From Heterodontus francisci (lineage: Eukaryota), in NCBI RefSeq assembly GCF_036365525.1, contig NC_090378.1:123737593-123801592 (forward strand): a stretch of DNA of 64,000 bases, in the 5' to 3' direction. The notes under the pieces were generated by a model. That model was given only the letters and a program-made list of their open reading frames with translations. It searched no databases and was not told the origin of the DNA. Below are positions 1 through 11,639 of this stretch, piece after piece; the first letter of the stretch is position 1; each line of letters begins with the position of its first letter. A program made the position numbers and the translations under genes.

Positions 1-460
1 GGCTTTTGACAAGGCACATCCCACATGGCAGACTGGTTAAAAAAAATAAAATCCTATGTGATCCAGGGAAATGCAGCAAGGTGGATACCAAATTGGCACA
101 GTGGCAGGAAACAAAGGGTAATTGTTGACGGGTGTTTTAGGTACTGAGGGCTGTTTCCAGTGACGTTCCGCAGGGCTCAGTACTGGGTGCCCTGCTTTTT
201 GTGGTATATATTAATAATTTGAACGTCAAGACAGGGGCCATAATCAAGAAGTTCGCAGACGACACAAAGATTTGCCATGTGGCAGATAGAGAGGAGGATA
301 GACTCAAAAGGAGTCTGGATATACACCTCAAGTGCAGTAATCTGCAGGGCTACGGATCAAATGTTGGAAGGTGGGATTAGAATAGGTGGATTGTTTTCCG
401 GCTGGCACAAACACGATGGGCCAATTAGCCTCTTTCTGTGCCTTAAACTTCTATGATTTT
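1..460 (+). mobile_element. CR1-type LINE fragment (RT region plus 3' UTR), degenerate
   Basis: Remnants of AFDK..PH, VPQGSVLG and KFADDTK RT motifs, then a CR1-like 3' tail ending TTCTATGATT. Confidence 0.8.
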
Positions 461-479
461 ACGTGTGCATCAGACGCAC

Positions 480-1330
480 ACCAATGGCATAAGCAAGGTG
501 GTCAGTGGATAGCCCTGATGGCCCAGCAGCCACCCTCTGGTTTGACATGGTGGCTCAGCAGTTTGGCACAGAATAAAGACATCTTAACTGCTGCCAGGAT
601 ACCAGCTATTTACCAACATGATCTACTGAGCATGGTTGCATCCCAACTGCACAGAGAGTGGAACCCTTGTGATTGTGGTTCATCTCTGCATTTAGACGCG
701 ACACTCACAAAGCAACGTGTGTGCAATCAATGGCACCTGCACCATAGGGATCCCAGCTATCCTGGTGAAGCTACGTGCATGCTTCGCTGCTTCTCTCTGG
801 TCGGAGACAATGTAATGTACTCCCCTCTCCTGATATAAAGAGTGTCCATCACCTCACTCCTGCAGCAACCAACAGCCAAACTGGGAGATGTTAAGAAATG
901 TTGCCTGCTTCAGTCTGAAAGGATCCCCCCACAAAGAAATTCAAGGCCAAGGTCACCATCAAAACCACTAACAGCACCATTCTTGTCCTGCTCTGAGGTT
1001 GCAGGTCTGGTTGCAAGAGGTGGCAGACTTCCGTGAGCACCTCCTTTGTAAAGTAGAGACATCACACACACTGATCCTGGCTTAGGTTGAAGTAAGAGAA
1101 ATGCTTCCAGAAGACCCTAGGTTGATAAGGCCTCCTACTGAGAGCCCTTCTTCCCCCTCCTCCTCTTCCCTCTTGCAGTAGCTTGTCCTCCTCCATGTTG
1201 CCTCTGCTCATTCTCCCAGTCATGTTGCAGACCAAGGAGGATGGAAACTTACTGAACCCATGACCAGGAGCCAGTGGCCTGATCAGAACCCTTGAAGTCA
1301 GAACCAAGACCTTCACCACGTGCAACACCA
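480..1330 (-). mobile_element. Harbinger/PIF transposase (HARBI1-like) pseudogene
   Basis: Minus-strand frameshifted translation: RRPYQPRVF..LSQDQCV*CLYFTKEVLTEVCHLLQ..ALNFFVGGSFQ..AIDCTHVAL..KGFHSL..YPGS..GWLLGHQGYPL, typical of the HARBI1 DDE family. Confidence 0.85.
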
Positions 1331-3137
1331 GTCCCTGTCGACTTCACCAACTTTAAATGGCAGTAAAAACTCACCTCTACAAACTCAGACAGAGCCAATA
1401 GAAATCAGTCAGTAATTAACCTGAGCATAGTCGACAATCACTTTAAACAGAGTTGATGGGAGATTCCTTCCTGCTGCTAAACACATATTCAGCTGTGTGT
1501 TTAAGACAGGGCATTCCGCCAAGCAGCGAGGTTGGAAATGGCAGCACTGGTGTCAAATCAGCATCACACACTGACTGACCTCATGATCTGCCTACTCTAC
1601 ATACTTGTGGTGCATGCTCCTAATGTACACACTACTGCCCTCATCAAAATGGTTTCTGGAAGAGGCTGTACCAGAGGTAAGCATGGGTAGTGGTCACTTG
1701 TTTGGTCCCAAAACAGACCCTGTAGTGCGAAAACTGGAGGCACTATGGAACCAAATTTGTGGCCAGTGTGAGCTAGGAGCACATGGATGAGGAGGACAGT
1801 ACAATAAGCAACAGGAATAAACAGCCTGTACAAAATACTGGAGCTGTTCTGTGAAACTTGCAGAATAAATCATTATTTTCTGTCACATCAAGCAGGAACC
1901 TATAACCTATGCACAAGTTGCCAAGTGCCATCTATTAGCAGCGATGAGCTTTCATTTTAGTTTATAAATATGGAGAGTTTTGAGATGGGTCACTCTTTGA
2001 AAATAAACTCAGATGAATGTTTAAACAGGTTTGCAACTTGTTTCCCTCCCTGACATTTTCCCATTGCTTGACAACTGTTACTACATCTTCTTGATGTTCC
2101 AATATAATCCAGGTCAGATAGGTCTTTATAGAATAGAGGATTCAGAGGAGCAGTGCTTGTCATGACATTTCACTGGAGTGGAAGTGAAGTTGTGCATTAT
2201 CTATAGAATAAAGGTCTTACTGTAGAGGTGATGAGCGTCAAAAATTGAGAGTCAATATTGTAAATGACATAAGAGCTGTAAGTAAATTCTACTGAGAGCC
2301 TTGTGATAGAGACTATGTTATCATTTCCTACACATAACACATCCCTTCTAGAACTTTCAAGCCCCGAGTTTAACCGGAGGGACAGCCAGGAATCTCCTCA
2401 CTCCGGGCCCGATGATTTTATCACCGGATTAGTATTTGGCAGAGGTTCTGCTCCTCCGGGCCCACAAAGATTCCAGTGAAAACTTCAATCAAAATACTTG
2501 CCATGGCCTTTTCTGTCCACTCTGCTGACTCTCATTCGATCTGACTGTGGACTTTGAGCCCTCACTGACCTCCTGATATTCTGAATGAATATTGTGCCCA
2601 GTTGCTCAGCCTAAACGACTGACACTGAACACGTCTGCGGCTCCGGCTCTGGGAAGCCTCCCTCTCAGTCACGTGGTCGGGCCCTTGAAGTGACCGTTAG
2701 TGGCCGGTCACGTGGGAACATTTAAACCGGCTGAGCACTGAAGCAAAGCGCTGGGCAGCTGTAAAATCAAATAGTGTCTGACAAAATAAACCTTACAGCT
2801 ACCCTGCCTTCATTAAAAAGGCTGTTTGACTTTCCTGATCGATATTTGAGGAGGAAAAGAGGCTGGAAAGACACTTTTGTCATGATGATGTTGCAGGCTT
2901 GTGGCACAGTGCTGATGTGATCTACCTCAGAGTGTTAAAATAAAGCTCAGCCAACACTTTATCGGATGAAGACATTTAATTTCTCTTGTTCCATTTTAAA
3001 GGCACATTTTCTTGCATCAATTGCCTTGGTGAATGAGAATTCTGAAAATATTTGGAAGTCATCTAAAATATGGATGTAAAGATTTAAAGGAGGGAACAAG
3101 CATTGAGTGAGATGGCTGTGCAAAGCAGACGACTCAG

Positions 3138-3248
3138 TTGGGATTATCCAGTGTCCTCCACTCCACATCGTGGTCGGCTCGCTGAACATTCTTTAACCAT
3201 TCCCACAGTATCTCTGTTGTGTTATCAACGTTGTGGTCCATGTCAAGC
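3138..3248 (-). pseudogene. COLGALT2: Isolated COLGALT2-like (procollagen galactosyltransferase) exon with mutated splice donor
   Basis: Acceptor tctttccacag, then a 111-nt phase-2/phase-2 exon [36 protein letters not shown] resembling COLGALT2 [36 protein letters not shown] (recalled). The donor position reads CTGAGT instead of GTGAGT. Confidence 0.8.
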
Positions 3249-3884
3249 CTGTGGAAAGATACAGATAAAATCATCATTGGATAAGTAAAGTCAACCGGAG
3301 TCTGCAGCCACACCCGACCTCACAGACAAAATGAAAAGAAGCTGAGCCAGTTGCTGCTGACTGCACTGCTTCAAAGGTCAGAAAGCTGGATGGGTTGGGG
3401 TGTTGGAGATCCAGATCATTGCTGAGTAGATTTGAGAGGAGAAAAAGCTTGCAATATGGTCTGATCTTCTAAAAGTAAAAGAAAAGTGCTCTCTTCATAA
3501 TCTTAACACCGTTTTCGTCTTTGAGTCTTCAGAAATCTCACCGCTGCCAACATGTTGCATGTTCCTTGAACCTCTGTGTCTGTATAGACTGTACACAAAG
3601 ACTGTCACTCAAGATGAGATCAGTAATGCAGTATTGTGGGTTCTTTGTTAATTACTGAGAGAGCAGCAATTACATTGAGATAGTAACTGTACACGTGTAT
3701 CATCAAGACTGACCAACACTCAATCACATGTTGTGTTACATTATAACTCTTACATAACTAACATGATCTTGTAGCCACACATCTGAATGGTGTACACACA
3801 CAACAGTTACCTGACAATCACACATGAATGATTCATTGTCGAAAATAAGTACAAAGAAATATTTAAAAAGAAAATGTTTTGATT

Positions 3885-5715
3885 TTGTTCATGGGATGTG
3901 GATGTCGCTGGCTGGCCAGCATTTATTGCCCATCACTAATTGCCTCGAGAAGGTGATGGTGAGCTGCCTTCTTGAACTGCTGCAGCCCATGTGGAGTAGG
4001 TGCACCCCCAGTGCTGTTAGAACAAAGAACAGTACAGCACAGGAACAGGCCATTCGGCCCTCCAAGCCTGCGCCAATCTTGATGCCTGCCGAAACTAACA
4101 CCTTCTGCACTTCCGGGGTCCGTATCCCTCTATTCCCATCCGATTCATGTATTTGTCAAGATGCCTCTTAAACGTCTCTCTGGTACCTGCTTCCACCACC
4201 TCCCCCGGCAACAAGTTCCATGCACTCACCACCCTCTGTGTAAAGAACTTGCCTCGCACATCCCCTCTAAACTTTGCTCCTCTCACCTTAAACCTATGTC
4301 CCCTAGTAACTGACTCCTCCAACCTGGGAAAAAGATTCTGACTATCCACTCTGTCCATGCCGCTTATAACTTTGTCAACCTCTATCATGTCGCCCCTCCA
4401 CCTCCGTCGTTCCAGTGAAAACAATCTGAGTTTATCCAACCTCTCCTCATAGCTAATGCCCTCCAGACCAGGCAACATCCTGGTAAACCTCTTCTGTACC
4501 CTCTCCAAAGCCTCCACGTCCTTCTGGTAGTGTGGCGACCAGAATTGCACGCAATATTCTAAGTGTGGCCTAACTAAAGTTCTGTACAGCTGCAGCATGA
4601 CTTGCCGATTTTTATATTCTGTGCCCCGACGGATGAAGGCAAGCATGCCGTATGCCTTCTTGACTATCTAATCCACCTGCGTTGCCACTTTCAGTGACCT
4701 GTGGACCTGAACGCCCAGATCTCTCTGCCTGTCATTACTCCTAAGGGTTCTACAAATTAATGTATACTTCCCACCTGCATTAGACCTTCCAAAATGCATT
4801 ACCTCACATTTGTCCAAATTCAACACCATCTGCCATTTCTCCGCCCAAGTCTCCAACCGATCTATATCCTGCTGTATCCTCTGACAATCCTCATCACTGT
4901 CCGCAACTCCACCAACCTTTGTGTCGTCTGCAAACTTACTAATCAGACCAGCTACATTTTCCTCCAAATCATTTATATATACTGCAAACAGCAAAGGTCC
5001 CAGCACTGATCCCTGCGGAACACCACTAGTCACATCCCTCCATTCAGAAAAGCACCCTTCCACTGCTACCCTCTGTCTTCCATGACTGAGCCAGTTCTGT
5101 ATCCATCTTGCCAGCTGCCCTCTGATCCCATGTGACTTCACCTTTTGTATCAGTCAGCCATGAGGGACCTTGTCAAAGGCTTTACTGAAGACCATATAGA
5201 TAACATCCACTGCCCTTCCTTCATCAATCATCTTTGTCACTTCCTCAAAAAACTCAATCAAATTAGTGAGGCACGACCTCCCCTTCACAAAACCATGCTG
5301 CCTCTCGCTCATAAGTCCATTTGTTTCCAAATGGGAGTCAAACCTGTCCCGAAGGCAGGGAGTTGCAGGACTTTGACCCAGCAACAGTCAAAAACGATAT
5401 AGTTCCAAGTCAGGATGGTGTGTGGCTTGGAGGGGAACTTGCAGGTGGTGGTGTTCCCTTGCATCTGCTCCCCTTGTCTTTCTCGGTGGAAGAGGTCGCA
5501 GGTTTGGAAGGTGCTGTCTAAGTAGCCTTAGTGCATTGCTGCAGTCCATCTTGTAGATGGTACACACTGCTGTATTTTATTGAAGTTTTCAGTGCATTGG
5601 TGGTGCAGGGAGGGAATGTTAGTGTATGGGGTGCCAACCTAGTGGGCTGCTTTGTCCTGGATGGTGTCGAGCTTCTTGAGTGCTGTTGCAGCTGCACCCA
5701 TCCAGGCAAGTAGAC
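3885..5715 (-). mobile_element. 3' part of LINE (same family as 52198-55455), split by a younger CR1 insertion
   Basis: 3885-4020 and 5351-5715 match the reverse complement of the RT end/tail at ~54960-55445 and join across the insert (gtgctgttag|gaaggcagggagtt). Confidence 0.8.
4018..5350 (-). mobile_element. CR1 LINE, 5'-truncated (RT C-terminal half plus 3' UTR)
   Basis: ORFs with QHGFVKGRSCLTNL, AFDKVPH, GVPQGSVLGP, FADDTK, LYRTLVRPHLEYCVQFWSP; microsatellite-like 3' tail. Confidence 0.92.
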
Positions 5716-5999
5716 AGACATTGGAGGGTGAATGGGCGGGAGGTGGAGAGACAGAGGATTTGGACGATTTGGTGAGGGTGGGTGGAGGTGCGTGGGTAAG
5801 GTGCGTTTGGTAAAAAGTGTCATCGTGATGTTGCAGCCATCATGAGGTGTGGGGCATGCTTGATGCACCAGCTGATCTTTTCCTACCTCTTAATTTATAT
5901 GGTTGCGTCCTATCAAATCCTTTTAAAATTTTATATCCTCAATCACATCACCCCTCAATCTCCTACACTTGAGAAGTTACAATCCATTTTTCATTTGCT

Positions 6000-7664
6000 C
6001 TGAGCTTGAGGAGCTCTCAGACAACAGGGAATAAACCTTGCTAGCTTTTCCTGTTAACTGGCCCTGTAGCAGGAGAGTCCAAGTTCCTTCAGACCACTTT
6101 AACTAATCTACAAACTTCTCAAAGGATATGAAGAAGACTTCAGTATCATCTTCTTCAAATCTGAGTACTGACCAGGAATACTTTAAGAAGTCAAAGCTTG
6201 TCTCTGAACTAGGATCATTTGAATTATCAGCATCTTCTCCACTATGTAAAGATGATTTTCCCCTAGCCAATTCAATCTGTCTCATTTCACGATCTTTTTG
6301 TGCTTGTAGTTCCTTCTCAAATTTTTCTCTCTGGAAAGCATTCTCTCTATTTCTCCTCTCATTCCTCATTTGTCACCTGAAATTCTAACTCAAGCCTCTG
6401 CTCTTCCAGGTGAATTTTTGCTGAGGTAACCTGGTCTGTTTCAGGTTCTCGATCTTCTGCCTGTTCCAGTTCTGGGATGAGGGAGAAATGCTCAGCCAGC
6501 ACTTTTAGCACCTCGGGTCTTTTTGCCCTTTCCCTCACACGAAGTTCCACCTGGTCAGCTACTGCTCTGAACTGTTTGATGTTTAAGGTAGCTCACTTAT
6601 GCCAAGTTAAATCATCCTGTTCTTCAAATTATTTCACTTAAAGCCAGCCATTCTATTTTTTACTGTTAATATACGCGAAGCCTGCTACTGTAATCCTTTT
6701 TATTGAAAGAAACAATTTCAGCGATTATACTTTTCCCTCTTTCTTCCAATTTATTCTTTTAAGTTCAGATTCAGCTAATTTAAGTCCAGTTGGTTTGGAT
6801 CGTGGATGCAGTTCCCAATTCTTTTACAGACAGAATTGAGAGAGAACTGAAACCCCTGTTTTTTTCCCTTTACTGCCCAGAATCAGTGTGTTTTTGAAAA
6901 GGAAGATTTGTGTGTTTCTGAACTCCTGAGTGTATAGCCAATTTGAATAAGCAGCAGCACGCTTTTCGTCAGTTTAAATAAAGAGGATTATTTTTATTCA
7001 CATGTTCACCCTGAAAGTCTGACACGAGGTCACTCACCACACACACACTCAAGAAAGAAAGGCATTAAAGAGGATAGTGCACTTTTACAAATTACAAGCA
7101 AAGGAACAGTTTGTAATTCACCTGATTTGTCTTGTCTTGGGGAAAAGGCATGCATTGTGGGCCCAGTGAAGAAGGTGTTTTTACTGCTGAAATGTAATGA
7201 GGTGAATTCGATAGCCGATGTTGTACATCGAAGTCGTTGCAGGATTCTCTCAGAGATGGATTTTCAGCAAGTCATGAAGATAGTTGCTTGTACTCTCATA
7301 ACTTGGAGGTTGGTTTTCTGTACTGGTGGATTTGAAAAGAAACAGTCTTGGAGACCTTACAGATATTACAGTTTCCTGTTCTTTTAAGGCACGTTCGTAC
7401 TGCCTGGTCTGTTTGCTACTTCTTTCCTGAAGATTGTATTATAAAGATCTTTACAAGGAGACCAATATAGCTGCCCCACCATGTGACTTCTCACAGCTCC
7501 TTTGCCAAATATGGTGGGGGTCTAGTTTTATTAGCTCCATTTTGGTTTATTGTTGTAAGATATTCATCCTGAGAAGGGTTAAGGAAATCAGTTTCTTTGT
7601 CCTCGGAGAAAACCATTCAATTCAAGAATGTCTCCTGATGGTTTCAGGATCAACGTTGGTGACA
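6000..7664 (-). mobile_element. Truncated Gypsy (Gmr1-like) element: LTR ~6822-7664, degenerate PBS, gag remnant
   Basis: gag remnant LRFEEDDTEVFFISFEKF..TWTLLLQGQLTGKA is homologous to the gag at 19444; degenerate tRNA-Pro-like PBS at ~6797-6820; LTR-like end ..GTGACA at 7664. Confidence 0.65.
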
Positions 7665-7779
7665 CCTCTTCATGAGTTTTTGAATACACAGATCAGGCCA
7701 GCAGGGAGGTGGGGAGAGGAGCAGAGAGGAGTGGAGAGGAACAGAGAGGTGGGGAGAGGAGCAGAGAGGAGTGGAGTGT

Positions 7780-9523
7780 GAAGAAGCGATCTTCTGGAAT
7801 GCCTTCAGTGCTGAACTTACTCCGTAGGGCATTCTGCAGTACTGAAACACACATTCATGAGTAACAAAAGCTGTAAGTTATCGGCTTTGTTCTGCTCGAG
7901 GTATCTGAAGATAACTCCCTTGCATATCAAGCTTTGTGAGGATTGTGGAGGTATGAAATGATGCTGACAGTTCTTGAATTGTAGGAAGTGGTTACTTTTC
8001 TGGTATGATAGCTTTATTGACCGTCTTAAGGTCAATGAATAGTCTAATTTTGCCATTTTTTCTTTGTTGAATGACTGGATTTGATATCCACAGCAATGAA
8101 TCGATTTAGTCAATGATGTCATCTGTTCCTAGTCGTTTCAGCTCCTGTGACACTTCAGCATGGATTGCAAACGGCAACTGCCTCAAATGTTGTGAAACTG
8201 GTTGATTGAATGTGTCAATGCAAGGAACATGACAGTACCCCTTGATCTTCCCAAATCCAGTAAATAAGGAAGGATACTGGTGTGTATAATCTGCATCGTC
8301 AATCCTGTTAATGTGTGCTGCAGCGGACCTTTAAGCTTGAATCCAAGCCTATTGAAAAGGTTTACCCCATAAGGTTTCGGCCTTTGGCTACATAGAAAAT
8401 GAACCTGTCTAAGGTGATATTTTTACAGCGTACTGAAACTGTGATCATTTCCAAAACTGAAATGATAGTGTAGTCATAAGCTTGAAGTGTGTCTGTTGCA
8501 GGAGTGAGAGAGAATTGCAAAAAATACTGATTCGAGAGTTTGTCACTCAAAATAAGATACTTTCACGCCAACATCAATAAGAAATGACAAAGGGATGGCT
8601 GCGATCTCGACTGAGCTCTCCTTAAAATGACCTGGTGCTTTACTTTTTGTGATGGTATATACATGTTATACCTCACTCTCAGGAAGAGACTCCCCCCATG
8701 TGTCGAACTGATGGCGTCTTTTTCTTTGACGACCTGCAAATCTTTGCAAAATGGTTCCACTTTAAACATGAATTACACTTTTTCCCTCGAGTGGGACATG
8801 GTCTTGTGACTTGATGAGCATTTCCACAATATGGGCACAGTTTTGAAGGTAACTGACCTTGATGGGACACCTTTGATGAGGTTGTTAAAGTCTCTTTGTC
8901 CTTAACCCCTGCACTGAAACTGGTTGGAGAAGCTGTGTCTGCAACCCTGAGTCTCAGGATGCATGTTTGTGTAACCTCTTTGAATCTAACATGGCAGATT
9001 TGATTTGGACTGCCAAGGTTGTGGTGTTTTCCAAGCTTAAATCATCATCCTCCATGAGGAGGCATTCCCTAATTCATGGAATTGAAGACTTTTCAATTAA
9101 TTGGTCACAAATTAGTTCATTACTTAGTGTGCCAAATTTACATGTAGATGCCTATTGCTGCAATGCTGCCCGTAGTGTTTAATGGACTCACCATGTCTCT
9201 GCGATCTCTGGTGGAATGTATCTGGCTCTATCATCACACTTTTCTTTGGCCCGCAGTATTTTTCAAGAGCACTTACTGCTGTATCAAACGTAGACGTATC
9301 TTCTGTGAGCTGCTTGAATATGCGCTGTCTTTCTGCTCACAATGTACAGGATCGCTTTCTTGTGAATCGCTGCTACATCTTGGCTGTCAATCCGCAAGGC
9401 AAGCAAGTAGGTCTTGAATCCCGAAATCCACCACTTGCAGGACATGGGAGGATTTCCTGGCTTTGAAAGAAATGGTTCTAAAGCTGATAAAGTGAAACAT
9501 TGCTCAACCAGCCTCGTAGCCAC
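7780..9523 (-). mobile_element. Ty3/Gypsy gag-pol remnant (Zn knuckles, protease, RT N-terminus)
   Basis: PFLSKPGNPP gag start, CPYCGNAH..CP..GKKCNSCLKWNHFAKIC knuckles, protease-like LIDVG, RT pieces IRLFIDLKTVNK, TAFVTHECVFQYCRMPYG; many frameshifts. Confidence 0.85.
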
Positions 9524-11639
9524 TTCTTAATGGTTGAAAATTAGAGGGAGCGAGAGAGAGAGATGGAGCTAGAGTATGGCAGAAAGAATACAATGTTACA
9601 AATACTAAGCAAAATCAATTCATTCAGTTACTTACTAATTATTCCTAGTTTTTAAAATATTTTCCTTCCAATCTTATTTGAGGGAAAGTCACTCATTTGG
9701 ATTTGTTAGCGTGGGAAGATTGTTTCAAACTTTAAAAAAAAACTCTTGTTATGCGCAGGTGAGGAGGGGTCGAATGGCTCTCCTCTTGTCCCTCTCCTTG
9801 CTTGATGGCAACAGGGTTTTTCTTTTAAGCAGTAGGTGTGCCTCCCAATTCAATGAGTGTTTAACCCTTTTAGGTGCTATGATCATAAAAGAACCAATCG
9901 GACAGGTTTTCTTGAGTTTAAACAAGAAAGAGTCAGTTTATTATACTTCAAATCAAAACCCGATCTAAGTAAAATAATAAACTATGCTCCAACTTTCACA
10001 CACATACACACACATGCATGCACACACACACACGAATAGGCTGCAGACTGAAGAAAAATAGATTGGTTGGATTAGAGTCCAGACAAATAAAAGAATAAAG
10101 GGCTCAATTTTATCAGCCCCTCAATGCCGCAGGTTGCGGCACACGGACTGGCAAAGTTCTGCAGGGTGAGGCCTGCCTTGACGCATGACGTCGAGAAAGG
10201 ATGTCGCATCTTCATAGCAGTGGGGGGACCTCAGTGCGACCCTCCCTCCGTAAACAGTGTACGCACTGCGTTTGTTTGTGTTTGTGAAGGAGCAATGGCA
10301 CTCCAGTCACCCTGTCCGTGGGCAGGGTGCCAGAAAGGGTAGGGAGCATTAAGCTTATATGGATGGTGGGGGCAATCAATGCAGCTGGAAGATCTTGATG
10401 TGGTCAAGCTGTACCACTCTGAGTGTTGGCCAAGCTGGGCAATGCCATGCCATGCCACATAGTTGATCCATGAAAGCACCTGATGTACCCGTCAACACCA
10501 ATCCCTGCCCTGGAAATAGGAATGGCTCATCCTACATTGTGTGATCCTCTGCTCTTGCGTATCCGTTTGCACCAGAGGCAAAATCAACAGGCAGGTGCGA
10601 TCCATGTAGAGGCCCCCGGTCGTGAGCAGCAACCCCCAAGGGGAGCTCGCCTTTACGATTGCCGTGCATCTACAGGCCCTGCATGACATGCCATCAGATG
10701 TCAGAGTACTAGTGTCAGAGGAGTTTGTGTGTGTAGAGAAGGTGGTGACATGTCTCTGTGCCCTGATCAAGGATGATCTGCAGCCCATGGGCTTTGGTGG
10801 AAATCCCATGTCATTGTTCCTCATCATGGCAGCGGTTCTCAAGCTTGACGCCTTTGCAGCTTTTCAGGGGCCTACCAGAGACCTTTGTGGGGTCACACAG
10901 TCAGCAGTGCACCGCTGCATCAGGGAGGTCACCAATGCCCTGCACCGGAGGGCCAGTGAGTATGTCCACTTCAGGACAGACTCTCACAGCTAGGCCCAGA
11001 GGGTCACCGGTTTCGCCACCATTGCCAGATAACCAAAGGTTTTAGGGTTTAGAGATTGCAGCCATGTGGCCATCAGGCCTCCTGCCAGGCTACCACCTGC
11101 AGATGTCATCATTAAAGGAATCGTCTCAATCTGGGTGAAGCTGGTAAGTGATCACCGGAGATGCTTCATGAAAACCTGTGCCTGCTTCACAGACAGCTGC
11201 CATGACACCTGAGACCTGTGCCATTCCCAGCTGCCGCCTCTGTTCACTGAACTGGCTCAAATGGAGGGGTGGCTTCTTGGAGATAAGGGCTATCCCTTGT
11301 AGACATGGCTCCTGACACCAGTGAGAGACCCCAAAACTGCTGCAGAGGAGAGATACAACGCCAGTCACTGAGCTAAAAGAGCTGCCATTGAGCAGGAGAT
11401 TGGCATGCTGAAAGAGCTTTTCCAATGCCTGTACGGATAGGGAGATGCCCTGCACAACTACACACCCAATAGGGGCCAGGTCTGGCATGATGAGGAGAGA
11501 CATCAACAGCATTCCTCCTTGGACTATGAGGACACTGAGGACCGACAACATCATTAATAAGTGAGAATGTTGACTAAAAACCTCAACCTACCCCTAGTGT
11601 GAATTAAAAAGTGTAAAGAACATCTTAAAACTATGTACT

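Noticed and set aside
2347-2763. Possible MITE or enhancer with paired GTCACGTGG E-boxes
   Set aside because: No convincing TIR pair or TSD, and function cannot be supported from sequence alone
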